Positions 20,938-30,588 of a stretch of 64,000 nt of DNA are shown here, one piece after another. The stretch is taken from positions 1 through 64,000 of the forward strand of contig CAVUWD010000016.1 in the NCBI GenBank assembly GCA_963745025.1. The letters run 5' to 3'. The position numbers were made by a program, and so were the translations under genes. The notes below the pieces were generated by a model that did no database searches, was not told the DNA's origin, and saw nothing but the letters and a program-made list of their open reading frames with translations. The DNA is from an uncultured delta proteobacterium (GTDB lineage: Bacteria > Desulfobacterota > Binatia > JACPRU01). How positions within the stretch are numbered: the first letter of the stretch is position 1; each line of letters starts with the position of its first letter.

Positions 20938-21390
20938 CTAGGGCCGGTGCTCGGCAAAGACGGTGACCTTGCCGTCCTTGTGCACGGCGAAGACGGAGTA
21001 TGCCTGGGGGTTCGGGCCTTCCATGCCCGGCGACCCGATCGGCATCCCAGGAACCGCAAGGCCGGCAATGTTCGGGCGCTCGGCGAGGAGACGGGAGATG
21101 TCCTCCTCCGGCACGTGTCCCTCGATGAAATACCCACCGACGAGGGCCGTGTGGCAGGAGGAGGCGCCGGACGGCACGCCGAGATCCCGCTTCACCCGAC
21201 TGACGTCCGAAACGTCCGAGACCGTGACGTTGTAGCCTCGGCTCCGCAGGTGGTCGACCCACTTCTGGCAACACCCGCAGGTCGGTGACTTGTAAACCTG
21301 CATGGCCTGCGGATCGGCTTCGGCCGGATGAGCCAGAAGCACGAGCCAGGCCGCGAGAACGAGTGTACCGATTCCGGAGATCCGAATCAT
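20938..21390 (-). CDS. DUF411 / CopG-like periplasmic metal-binding protein
   Basis: VYKSPTCGCC..W, SCHTA, EGHVP and GLAVPGMPIGSPGME motifs; signal peptide. Confidence 0.92.
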   Translation of the reverse strand: MIRISGIGTLVLAAWLVLLAHPAEADPQAMQVYKSPTCGCCQKWVDHLRSRGYNVTVSDVSDVSRVKRDLGVPSGASSCHTALVGGYFIEGHVPEEDISRLLAERPNIAGLAVPGMPIGSPGMEGPNPQAYSVFAVHKDGKVTVFAEHRP

Positions 21391-21712
21391 GATCGCTGTC
21401 TCCCCCCTTCGTTCATAGCACAACGAGGCGGGGCCGGCTCAGCGTCGGCGGGCGGCGAGGCACAGCGAAAGGGCGAAGTCGCGGAGCGCATGCTCTTGGA
21501 CAAGGCAGAGTGACGGGCGACAGGGTCAGCCATTATGGCCCTGGCCTTCTCGGTAGTGCCTCGAATGCGGCATCCGTGAGCCGTCGGCTGGCTCGTACGG
21601 CGGTCTGCGTGGTAGGAAAATAAGCGGTTGTTCGTCCACCCCATCCGCCGCGCGCGACCTCGTACGGCCTGATCGGGATCGTGGGCAGAAATCCTAGCGG
21701 AAGGAGCAGGCT

Positions 21713-22918
21713 ATGAACTTGGGGCTCAGCGACCGGGCGAAGCAGTACCTCGAGAAGCTCCGCATGTTCATGGATCGGTACATCTATCCGAACGAGGAGG
21801 AGTTCTACCGGCAACACGACGCGCAGCCCGACCGGTGGCAGGTGCCGCCGATGCTCGAGGATCTCAAGAAGAAGGCCAGGGTCGAAGGCCTGTGGAACCT
21901 CTTCTTGCCAAACAGCCCGCACGGCGCGGGCCTCTCGAACCTCGAATACGCGTTCCTCTGCGAGGAAACCGGGAAGGTCGGCTTCGCGCCCGAGGTGTTC
22001 AACTGCTCGGCGCCCGACACCGGCAACATGGAGGTGCTCGATCGCTACGGCAACGAGGAACAACAGAAGCAGTGGCTCGAGCCGCTGCTCGAGGGCCGCA
22101 TCCGTTCCGCCTTCGCGATGACCGAACCCGCCGTCGCCTCCTCGGACGCGACGAACATCCAGGCGACGATCCGGCGCGAAGGCGATCAGTATGTGATCAA
22201 CGGGCGGAAGTGGTTCACCTCGGGGATCCACGACCCCCGCTGCAAGATCCTGATCCTCATGGGAAAGACAGACCCGAAGGCGGAGTCGCACCGCCAACAG
22301 AGCATGATCCTCGTGCCGCGCGACACGCCGGGGATCAAGCTGAACCGCTGGCTCCCGGTCTTCGGTTACGACAACGCGCCCCACGGCCACGGCGACGTCA
22401 CCTTCGACGACGTCCGCGTCCCCGCATCGAACCTCCTCCTCGGCGAGGGTCGGGGCTTCGAGATCGCGCAGGGGCGGCTGGGACCCGGGCGAATCCACCA
22501 CTGCATGCGGACGATCGGCGTCGCTGAGCGGGCGCTCGAAAAGATGTGCCGCCGGTTGCTGTCGCGGACCGCGTTCGGGAAGCGGATCGCCGAGCACTCG
22601 GTTTGGGAGGAGAGAGTCGCGAACGCGCGCATCGAGATCGAGTGCGCCCGCCTACTCACCCTGAAGGCCGCTTGGATGATGGACACGGTCGGCAACAAAG
22701 TCGCCCGCGGCGAGATCGCGATGATCAAGGTGAAGGCGCCGAACGTGGCGCTGCGGATCATCGACGACGCGATCCAGGCACACGGCGGCGGCGGGGTGAC
22801 CGAGGACTTCGGCCTGGCCCGCACCTGGGCTCACATCCGGATCTTGCGACTCGGTGACGGCCCCGACGAGGTACACCGCCGCGCGATCGCACGGCTCGAG
22901 TTTCGGAAATACCGCTAA
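21713..22918 (+). CDS. Acyl-CoA dehydrogenase (ACAD10/11-like)
   Basis: [43 protein letters not shown] and DGPDEVH motifs; RBS AAGGAG. Confidence 0.95.
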   Translation: MNLGLSDRAKQYLEKLRMFMDRYIYPNEEEFYRQHDAQPDRWQVPPMLEDLKKKARVEGLWNLFLPNSPHGAGLSNLEYAFLCEETGKVGFAPEVFNCSAPDTGNMEVLDRYGNEEQQKQWLEPLLEGRIRSAFAMTEPAVASSDATNIQATIRREGDQYVINGRKWFTSGIHDPRCKILILMGKTDPKAESHRQQSMILVPRDTPGIKLNRWLPVFGYDNAPHGHGDVTFDDVRVPASNLLLGEGRGFEIAQGRLGPGRIHHCMRTIGVAERALEKMCRRLLSRTAFGKRIAEHSVWEERVANARIEIECARLLTLKAAWMMDTVGNKVARGEIAMIKVKAPNVALRIIDDAIQAHGGGGVTEDFGLARTWAHIRILRLGDGPDEVHRRAIARLEFRKYR

Positions 22919-22972
22919 GCGGCGGGAAGACAAAGGCCGCGGAGGACCGCCGCCGAATAGCGTGCTCTCGCG

Positions 22973-24433
22973 TCAACATCTGCGATCGGCGAGACGCAAG
23001 ACCTCCTTGAGGATCAAGTCAACGTCTCGACGAGTTGTGCGCAGGTTCGTGAAGCATGCCCGGATACAGGAGCGCCCCTTGACGCGAGCGGGACCCAGGA
23101 AAGCCACGCCGCCGGTGATCAGGTCTCGAACCACCTGCTCGTGCCCAGAGTCGTCGAGGCCGCGGTGCCGAAAGCACACGGCCGTCAGCGTGACGGGCGC
23201 GGCGATCTCGAGCGTCGGCTCCCTCTGGATTCGCTCGCCCATGTACGATGCGAGGTCGAGGACGCTCTCGATCACGCGAACATAGGCTTTGCGTCCATAG
23301 GCGCGAATCGCCCACCAGACCTTGAGCGCCTTGAAGCTTCGCGAAAGCTGCGGGCCGTATTCGGCGAAGTGGACAAGGTCGGGATCCGGGTTCATCGCCA
23401 GATAGTGCGGCACGAAGCTGAAGGTCCTGCGCCAGCGTTCCTTGTCACGAAAGAGCACGCACCCCGCTTCCAGTGAGGTGAAGAGGAGCTTATGCGGATC
23501 GAGGGTCAGGGAATCGCCGCGTCCTGAATCGAGGAGCTGGTGACGGAGGCGCTCGCTCAGCACTGCGAAGGCGCCGTAAGCTCCGTCCACGTGCAGCCAG
23601 AGGCCTTCCCGTCGGCAGTAATCGGCGAGCTCTTCCAGCGGATCGATCGCTCCGGTGGTCACGGTTCCGGCGGTTCCAACGACGCAGAACGGAGTCTTGC
23701 CGTCCCTCCGATCCTTGGCCACGGCATCCCGCAGCAGATCGAGCCTAAGCCGGCAGCCGTCATCTGTGCCGATGTGACGGAGGTTGTTCAAGCCGAGGCC
23801 GAGGAGGGCCACCGCCTTGTCGATGGAGTGGTGAGCCTCCTCGGACGTGTAGAGGACGAGCGGACTCCGAGTGCCCTGCAGGCCTTCCCGCCGTGGATCA
23901 CCCGGATGGTAGGCGTCCCGAGCGACCGCGAGGGCCGAGAGATTTGCCATCGACCCGCCGCTCGTGATGATGCCCCCTCCTTCGGAGATGTCGAAGAGCT
24001 CGAGGAACCAGGAGAGAACCTTCTGTTCGATCGCGTTCGCGGCCGGTGAGAGCGTCCACAGGTTGCAGTTCTGGTTCAGGACGCTGGCGAGCGCGTCGGC
24101 GAACGGCGATACGCTGTTGGGTGAGGGCAGCACATAAGCGAGGAAGCGGGGATGAGCGATCTGTGTCGAGTTGGGGATCACGATGCTCCGGAACTCGTCC
24201 AGGAGCTCCCGCATGGGCCGGCCGTCTTCGGGGAAGGGCTCCTCGAGGATTCTGCGAATCGCCGCGCGATCGATGTCCGGGAAGACCGATCGGGTGGCGA
24301 GCTCGGCTTCGTAACCAGCCAGCACCTCTCCTAGCTCGCGTGCTGCGGACCGAAGCTCATCGGGACCCCACAGGAGATCCCGCACCGCGTGATCAGGTGG
24401 CTCCACAGTAGTGGCGTCGCTCTTGGTCTTCAT
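22973..24433 (-). CDS. Group II PLP-dependent decarboxylase (aromatic amino acid/glutamate decarboxylase family)
   Basis: HPRFLAY, TSGGSMANL, TAGTVTTGAIDPL, LHVDGAYG and DSLTLDPHK (PLP lysine). Confidence 0.92.
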   Translation of the reverse strand: MKTKSDATTVEPPDHAVRDLLWGPDELRSAARELGEVLAGYEAELATRSVFPDIDRAAIRRILEEPFPEDGRPMRELLDEFRSIVIPNSTQIAHPRFLAYVLPSPNSVSPFADALASVLNQNCNLWTLSPAANAIEQKVLSWFLELFDISEGGGIITSGGSMANLSALAVARDAYHPGDPRREGLQGTRSPLVLYTSEEAHHSIDKAVALLGLGLNNLRHIGTDDGCRLRLDLLRDAVAKDRRDGKTPFCVVGTAGTVTTGAIDPLEELADYCRREGLWLHVDGAYGAFAVLSERLRHQLLDSGRGDSLTLDPHKLLFTSLEAGCVLFRDKERWRRTFSFVPHYLAMNPDPDLVHFAEYGPQLSRSFKALKVWWAIRAYGRKAYVRVIESVLDLASYMGERIQREPTLEIAAPVTLTAVCFRHRGLDDSGHEQVVRDLITGGVAFLGPARVKGRSCIRACFTNLRTTRRDVDLILKEVLRLADRRC

Positions 24434-24442
24434 CAGAGCAAT

Positions 24443-24680
24443 CTAGACACTATGGCTGTTGGGTGAAGCGAGAGGACCTGCCTCTTGGAGACCGTGGGCT
24501 ATGCTCGCGGCGAGTCGTGCAAGCGGCTCTCGAGCACACCGCCACATGCTAGGAGGCGGGTCCATGGCGAAGCGTAGCACGGTTGTGGGTCTCGATGTCC
24601 ACAAGGAATCGATCGACGTGGTGGTGGCGCGGGCCCGGCACGGAGGGAGATGTGCGGCACTTCGGGAAGATCGGAGGGAA
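24443..24680 (+). mobile_element. IS110-family remnant: left non-coding end plus truncated transposase N-terminus
   Basis: RBS AGGAGG, ATG 24564, MAKRSTVVGLDVHKESIDVVVA, then shifted GDVRHFGKIGG; ~120 bp leader begins near CTAGACACTATGG. Confidence 0.75.
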
Positions 24681-24898
24681 GGTCGGTCATCGACATCGCC
24701 CGGAAGGTGCAGCTTCGCCTCTCGACTCGATTCCGCCGACTGGTGCGCGATGACGGTCGGGTGCACGCCAGCAGGGCCCGGGCGGGCGGGCCGCCGTTCC
24801 CAAGGGCAGTGCCGATGTGCAATCATCGCCATGGCGGCCCCGGAACGAACGCGCCGGGTCCGCGCCGCCCCGGCCCCCCTCAAGACAGGAATCCGCGT

Positions 24899-26533
24899 AT
24901 GCAAACCCAGGTCATTCGAGTCAACGGCGATCGGCTCAGCATAGGCGACCTCATGTGCGTCGCCTTCCTTCACTTTCCGGTGGAGCTCGATCCGGACTCT
25001 GCTTGGCGCGAGCGGGTGTTGGCCTCGCGCGCACTCAATGACCGGCTCATCGCCGAGGGCAAGCCGATCTATGGCGTCACCACCGGTTTCGGCGACAGCT
25101 GCGACCGCCACTTGTCGTCGAAGGGGGTCGCGGCCTTGCAGCGCAACCTGCTGCGCTTTCTCGGTACCGGCACCGGCGAGTTCTTCGCCGTGCACGAGGC
25201 GCGCGCGATCCTGCTCGCCCGGCTGAACTCCAATGCCAAGGGCTACTCCGGAGTGCGCATGGAGTTGCTCGAGCAGATGGCGCAGTTCCTAAATCGCGGC
25301 ATCACCCCGTGCATCCCGGTCGAGGGCTCGGTGGGAGCGAGTGGCGATCTGGTGCCGCTCTCTTATCTCGGAGCGACGCTGTGCGGAGAGCGCAAGGTCT
25401 GGTACGATGGCGAGATGATGGACGCCTCCTCGGCGCTGTCGCTGGCGGGACTGAAACCGTTGCGGCTCGAGGCCAAGGAAGGTCTGGCGATCGTCAACGG
25501 GACTTCCGTGATGACCGGCCTGGCGGCGGTCAACGTGTTTCGCGCGGCACAGATCGCCGAGTTCTCCGCGCTGACGACCGCCATGACCGCAGAGGCTCTG
25601 CTCGGCGTGCGCAACGCCTTCGAACCACTCGCGCACACGCTCAAGAACCATCCGGGGCCGTGCTCGTTCGCCGCGCAGGTGCTGGCATGGCTCGAGGGCA
25701 GCCGGCTCGCGCGGGATCTCGACGCCGTCTTCGGCGAGGTGGGCGTGCTCGACGGCGCCGAGGCGAGGCGCCTCCACCTGAAGATCCAGGACCGCTACTC
25801 CATCCGCTGCGCGCCGCAGATCGCGGGCGTGCTCGACGACGTGCTCGAGTGGGCGACCACCTGGGTGGAGCGTGAGCTCAATTCCGCCAACGACAACCCG
25901 CTCTACGACGCCGACAGCGGGCATCTGTTCAACGCCGGCAACTTCTATGGCGGCCACGTCTGCATGGCGATGGACGCGCTGAAGGTCGCGGTCGCCAACG
26001 TCGCGCATATGTGCGAGCGCCAGCTCGAGCTCATCGTCGACGAGAAGTACAGCAACGGGCTGCCGGCGAACCTGGTCGATCCCAATCAGAGCGAGGAGCA
26101 CCGTGCCGTGCAGCATGGCTTCAAGGGCGTGCAGCTCGCCTGCACCTCGCTGCTGGTCGAGGCGCTGATGCGCTGCAATCCGGCCTCGGTGCACTCGCAG
26201 TCGACCGAGTGCCACAACCAGGACAAGGTCTCGCTCGGGCTGCACGCGGCGCGCGATTGCGCGCGGGTCATCGATCTGACCGAGAAGGTCGTCGCGCTGC
26301 AGATGATCGCGTTGGCGCAGGCCTTGGAGATCCGGGGTGCGGACCAGCTCGGTCAGACGCGGGCGGCGTTCGAGTTCATTCGCGAGCGCGTGCCGTACAT
26401 GAGGGAGGACAGCTGTTTCGACGAGCCGGCGCGCCGGGTCGTGCAGAGCTTCCGCGACAACAGCTTCTCGCCCCTGTTCCGGGTCGGGCGGCCGCAGCCA
26501 CTGCTCGAGCTGTTCGGGCGTCTGTACCGCTGA
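24899..26533 (+). CDS. MIO-dependent aromatic amino acid ammonia-lyase, phenylalanine-type (PAL) or aminomutase
   Basis: IYGVTTGFG, GSVGASGDLVPL (ASG forms MIO), QDRYSIRC, NSANDNP and HNQDKVS. Specificity segment LLRFL has FL, as in PAL, rather than SH (HAL) or HL (TAL). Confidence 0.88.
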   Translation: MQTQVIRVNGDRLSIGDLMCVAFLHFPVELDPDSAWRERVLASRALNDRLIAEGKPIYGVTTGFGDSCDRHLSSKGVAALQRNLLRFLGTGTGEFFAVHEARAILLARLNSNAKGYSGVRMELLEQMAQFLNRGITPCIPVEGSVGASGDLVPLSYLGATLCGERKVWYDGEMMDASSALSLAGLKPLRLEAKEGLAIVNGTSVMTGLAAVNVFRAAQIAEFSALTTAMTAEALLGVRNAFEPLAHTLKNHPGPCSFAAQVLAWLEGSRLARDLDAVFGEVGVLDGAEARRLHLKIQDRYSIRCAPQIAGVLDDVLEWATTWVERELNSANDNPLYDADSGHLFNAGNFYGGHVCMAMDALKVAVANVAHMCERQLELIVDEKYSNGLPANLVDPNQSEEHRAVQHGFKGVQLACTSLLVEALMRCNPASVHSQSTECHNQDKVSLGLHAARDCARVIDLTEKVVALQMIALAQALEIRGADQLGQTRAAFEFIRERVPYMREDSCFDEPARRVVQSFRDNSFSPLFRVGRPQPLLELFGRLYR

Positions 26534-26624
26534 AGACGAACGAGCCGCCGGCCCGGTGAACCCTTGCGGATGGAATAGATGGGACGATGCGGCCGGCCAC
26601 TACTTTAACGGGCACCGATCTCGG

Positions 26625-26652
26625 TTGACATAATCAGGTGCTCGGGTACCCT
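26625..26652 (+). promoter_or_regulatory. Putative sigma70 promoter for DAHP synthase
   Basis: TTGACA (26625-30), 16-nt spacer, TACCCT, in an AT-richer intergenic stretch. Confidence 0.4.
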
Positions 26653-26818
26653 CTATCCACAATTCTAGTCACGCACAGGCTCGGCGCGTTTCGATGCTCG
26701 GTGAAATTTCGCTTCAAGGGGCTAATTTATCCCTCCGGTAACCCCTTGGTTTTTCGAAGGGCGGTGACGCGGGCCGTTGCGAAAAATTCTTGGGCTCTGT
26801 CTGGCTGCGAACCGGGCC

Positions 26819-27838
26819 ATGAAGACTGACGATCTACGTATCGTCAAAACCCGGCCACTGCTCTCGCCGGCTATACTCGCCGGGGAGATCCCTCTCACCG
26901 ATACCGCGTCAACAAGAGTGTACGAGGCGCGCCGAGCAATCGAAGCGATTCTCGACGGCAAGGATGCGCGGCTCCTCGTGGTAGTCGGGCCTTGCTCCAT
27001 ACACGACACCAAGGCCGCGCTCGAGTACGCAACCAAACTCAAGCCGATCGCGGACGCCCTATCCGATGCGCTTCTCGTTGTCATGCGCGTCTACTTCGAA
27101 AAGCCGCGAACGGTCGTGGGCTGGAAAGGACTCATCAACGATCCGGACCTAGATGAGTCCTACCACATCAACAAGGGCTTGCGCCTGGCTCGGCAATTGC
27201 TCGCCGATGTTCTCGAGCTGGGGGTCCCCGCCGGGACCGAGTTTCTCGATACGACCTTTGGCCAGTTCTATGCCGACCTCATCAGCTGGGGTGCGATCGG
27301 AGCCCGCACCGCGGAGAGCCAAATACACCGAGAGCTGGCGTCGGGTTTGTCGATGCCGGTCGGCATCAAGAACCGCACAGACGGTAACGTTCAGGTGGCT
27401 GTCGACGCGATACAGGCCGCGCGCAGCCGACACCTGTTTCCGTCTCTCACCAAGGAAGGCGTGCCTGCCATTCTAGAAACCACCGGAAATCCCTACGCTC
27501 ATCTCGTGCTCCGTGGTGGTAGTGAGACCGGGCCCAACTTCGATGCTGTCTCCATCGAAAGCGCGGTTCGACTGCTCCGCGCGGCCGAGCTTCCCGAGGT
27601 CCTCATGGTGGACTGCAGCCACGGCAACAGCGAGAAGGATGCGGCCCGGCAGATCGACGTGGCGGACGCAATCATGGAGAACCTGAGAGTTTCCCCAATT
27701 CGAGGGCTGATGCTTGAGAGCCACCTTGTCGCTGGACGTCAGAATGCACCCGTAACGTATGGTCAGAGCATCACCGATGAATGTCTTGGATTCGAGGAAA
27801 CGGAAGACTTGCTATACCGGCTCGCAGACGCCGTTTAG
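26819..27838 (+). CDS. aroG: 3-deoxy-7-phosphoheptulonate (DAHP) synthase, class I alpha
   Basis: VVGPCSIHD, RVYFEKPRT..GWKGLINDP, GARTAESQIHRELASGLSMPVG, DCSHGNS and YGQSITD. The aroF/G/H isoform cannot be distinguished. Confidence 0.95.
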   Translation: MKTDDLRIVKTRPLLSPAILAGEIPLTDTASTRVYEARRAIEAILDGKDARLLVVVGPCSIHDTKAALEYATKLKPIADALSDALLVVMRVYFEKPRTVVGWKGLINDPDLDESYHINKGLRLARQLLADVLELGVPAGTEFLDTTFGQFYADLISWGAIGARTAESQIHRELASGLSMPVGIKNRTDGNVQVAVDAIQAARSRHLFPSLTKEGVPAILETTGNPYAHLVLRGGSETGPNFDAVSIESAVRLLRAAELPEVLMVDCSHGNSEKDAARQIDVADAIMENLRVSPIRGLMLESHLVAGRQNAPVTYGQSITDECLGFEETEDLLYRLADAV

Positions 27839-27854
27839 GGGCCCGTGGGGACGC

Positions 27855-27871
27855 TGACCAAGTATCCGTCA
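27855..27871. promoter_or_regulatory. Possible operator (TGAC-N9-GTCA) upstream of iorA
   Basis: Short inverted repeat TGAC caagtatcc GTCA just before RBS GGGAGG and GTG 27899. Confidence 0.2.
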
Positions 27872-27898
27872 AGTGAAGAGCGATCTGGGAGGCTGTCC

Positions 27899-29725
27899 GT
27901 GGGGTCATCGGAAGTGTTGGCGGTGGCGGGGGCGGTGACGCCGCGGCGGCTACTGCTCTCGGGGAACGAGGCCATCGCGCGGGGTGCGCGGGAGGCGGGG
28001 GTTCGGGTGGCGGCGGGTTATCCGGGGACGCCGAGCACGGAGATTCTCGAGGCGCTGGTGAGGCTGGACCCGGGGCGGCAGGTGTACGTGGAGTGGTCGA
28101 GCAACGAGAAGGTGGGGCTGGACGTGGCGCTGGGGGCGGCCATCGGCGGGGCGCGGGCGCTTTGCACGATGAAGCACGTGGGTCTGAACGTGGCTGCCGA
28201 CACGTTCATGACCTCGGCGTACACGGGAGTGCGGGCAGGGCTGGTGGTGGTGAGCGCGGACGACCCTGGGATGCACTCATCGCAGAACGAGCAGGACAAC
28301 CGTATTTTTGCCCGCTTCGCCGGGGTGCCGCTGCTGGAGCCTGCGGACAGTCAGGAGGCGCGCGACTTCACCGTGCACGCCTTCGATCTGAGCGAGCGGT
28401 TCGACGTGCCGGTGCTGGTGCGGACGACCACGCGCGTTTCGCACGCCCGCGGGGTGGTGGCGCCCGGGGCGCTGCGGGTGGCGGCCGGGCTCGGCTTCGA
28501 GCGCAACGCGGCGAAGTTCGTGATGCTGCCGGGCTTTGCGCGGCCCCGCCACGGGGTGATGCTGGAGCGGCTGGAGGCGTTGGAGCGCGAGGCGGAGACG
28601 AGCCCGCTCAACCGCATCGAGTGGGGCGACCGGGCGCTGGGCATAGTGACGAGCAGCATCGTCTACCACTACGTGCGGGAGGTCGTGCCGGGGGCGAGCA
28701 TCCTGCGTTTGGGCTTCAGCCATCCCCTGCCGCGTGCCCTCGTGCGGGAGTTTGCGGCCGGAGTGCGGCGACTGATCGTCGTCGAGGAGCTGGAGCCGTT
28801 TTTGGAGGAGCAGCTGCGGGCCCTGGGCCTCGCGGTGGAGGGCAAGAAGTACTTCCCGCGCGAGGGTGAGCTTGGCCCCGAGGTGGTCCGGCGGGGGTTG
28901 GTCGAGGCGGGCGTCGTGGCGGAGGCCTTGGGGAAGCCGCTCGTGTCGCCGCCCACGGTGACGCGGCCACCGGTGCTCTGTCCCGGCTGCCCGCACGTGG
29001 CGCCCTATCTGGCGCTGCGCCAAATCGGGGCGGTGGTCAGCGGCGACATCGGCTGCTACACGCTGGCGGCCACCGAGCCGCTCGCGGCGATGGACACCAC
29101 GGTGGCCATGGGGTCGAGCATCGGCATGGGCATCGGGCTGGCCCGTTCGGGAGGCGCCACGGGTCCGGTCGTCGCTACCATCGGCGACTCCACGTTTTTG
29201 CACGCCGGGCTGCCCGCGCTGGCGGACGCGGCCTACCACCGCACGCACCTGACGGTCCTCATCCTCGACAACGGCACGACGGCGATGACCGGTGGTCAGG
29301 CCCATCCTGCGGCGGGGGTGACCATCCGGGGCGACGTCGCGCCCGCCGTCGACCTGCCCGCGCTCTGCCGGTCGCTCGGGGTGGAGTTCGTGCGCGTGGT
29401 CGACCCCTACGACTTGGCCCAGACCCAGCTCGCCCTCGAGCAGGCGGTAGCCTTCCCGGGCGTCTCGGTGGTCATCACCAATCGTCCCTGCGTGGAGGCG
29501 CCGGTCAAGGTGCGCGACCACCCCTACGCGGTGGTGGCCGAGCAGTGCATCGCCTGCCAGTCCTGCATGAATCTGGGCTGTCCCTCGATCACGTGGACGG
29601 CCGAGTGGCACGAGGGTCGGCGCAAGGTGCAGATCGATCCGGTGACGTGTACGGGGTGTACCGTGTGCGCGCAGACGTGCCCGACGGAAGCGATGGTGCC
29701 TCTGGCGGGCTGGAGCCGGCGGTGA
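27899..29725 (+). CDS. iorA: Indolepyruvate:ferredoxin oxidoreductase alpha subunit
   Basis: GNEAIARGA, YPGTPSTEI, MKHVGLNVAAD, SSQNEQDNR, LCPGCPH, GDIGCY, TPP motif GDSTFLH...LDN, two C-terminal 4Fe-4S motifs. Confidence 0.93.
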   Translation: MGSSEVLAVAGAVTPRRLLLSGNEAIARGAREAGVRVAAGYPGTPSTEILEALVRLDPGRQVYVEWSSNEKVGLDVALGAAIGGARALCTMKHVGLNVAADTFMTSAYTGVRAGLVVVSADDPGMHSSQNEQDNRIFARFAGVPLLEPADSQEARDFTVHAFDLSERFDVPVLVRTTTRVSHARGVVAPGALRVAAGLGFERNAAKFVMLPGFARPRHGVMLERLEALEREAETSPLNRIEWGDRALGIVTSSIVYHYVREVVPGASILRLGFSHPLPRALVREFAAGVRRLIVVEELEPFLEEQLRALGLAVEGKKYFPREGELGPEVVRRGLVEAGVVAEALGKPLVSPPTVTRPPVLCPGCPHVAPYLALRQIGAVVSGDIGCYTLAATEPLAAMDTTVAMGSSIGMGIGLARSGGATGPVVATIGDSTFLHAGLPALADAAYHRTHLTVLILDNGTTAMTGGQAHPAAGVTIRGDVAPAVDLPALCRSLGVEFVRVVDPYDLAQTQLALEQAVAFPGVSVVITNRPCVEAPVKVRDHPYAVVAEQCIACQSCMNLGCPSITWTAEWHEGRRKVQIDPVTCTGCTVCAQTCPTEAMVPLAGWSRR

Positions 29726-29727
29726 AG

Positions 29728-30588
29728 ATGGAGGAGCGTGGCAGCATCCTGCTCGTGGGGGTGGGCGGGCAGGGGGTGGTGCTGGCGAGTGCGATCGTTG
29801 CCGACACGGCGCTGCGCGTGGGGTGGGACGTCAAGCAGAGCGAGGTGCACGGCATGTCGCAGCGGGGCGGGGTGGTGTCCTCGCATCTTCGGTTCGGGCG
29901 GCGCGTGCACTCGCCGCTGGTGGAGATGGGCCAGGCGGACGCGGTGGTGGCGATGGAGTGGAACGAGGGGTTGCGGGCGCTGCCGTACCTGCGCCCGGGG
30001 GCCCCGCTGATCATCAACCTGCAGCGCGTGATCCCGCCGGGCGCCTGTCGCGACCGGCTCTCGGGCGAGTCGACGTACCCGGCTCTCGCCCTGGACGCCC
30101 TGGCCGCGCAGGTGGGCGACGTGCGCGCGTGCGACGCGATGGAGATTGCTCGCGAGGTCGGCAGCGCCAAGGCGCTCAACAGCGTGCTGCTCGGCGTGCT
30201 CGCCCCGCTTCTGCCGTTTCCGCAGGAGGCGTGGCTGGCCTCGCTGGAGGATCACGCGCCGCGGGGGACGTTTGCGGCCAACGAGCGGGCGTTCCTGTCC
30301 GGCCAGGCGCTGCGCTATCCGGACGAGACCCGGGCCCAGGCGGCACGCGCGGCGGCCTCCCCCGACGGCCTGCACGGCCAGGCGCGGCTACAGCGGCCGC
30401 GGCTGGAGGTGATCGAGGCGTGGTGCAAGGGGCGTGCGTGCGAGATCTGCGTGCGCACCTGCCCCGAGCGGTGCCTGGCCTTCGACGGCGCCGCCGCCGT
30501 GAGCGTGGTCCGGCCCGAGGCGTGCACGGGGTGCCGGCTGTGCGAGCTGCTGTGTCCCGACTTCGCCATCGTGGTGCACGCGGCGTGA
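29728..30588 (+). CDS. iorB: Indolepyruvate oxidoreductase beta subunit fused to a C-terminal 2x[4Fe-4S] ferredoxin (delta-like)
   Basis: GVGGQGVVL and SEVHGMSQRGGVVSSHLRFG; C-terminus WCKGRACEICVRTCP...CTGCRLCELLCPDFAI. Confidence 0.9.
   Translation: MEERGSILLVGVGGQGVVLASAIVADTALRVGWDVKQSEVHGMSQRGGVVSSHLRFGRRVHSPLVEMGQADAVVAMEWNEGLRALPYLRPGAPLIINLQRVIPPGACRDRLSGESTYPALALDALAAQVGDVRACDAMEIAREVGSAKALNSVLLGVLAPLLPFPQEAWLASLEDHAPRGTFAANERAFLSGQALRYPDETRAQAARAAASPDGLHGQARLQRPRLEVIEAWCKGRACEICVRTCPERCLAFDGAAAVSVVRPEACTGCRLCELLCPDFAIVVHAA

Noticed and set aside
24899-26533. Histidine ammonia-lyase (hutH) call
   Set aside because: Lacks the HAL SH signature (has FL), and no hutU/I/G genes are nearby.
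26652-26660. DnaA box (CTATCCACA)
   Set aside because: Single imperfect match with no cluster or origin context.
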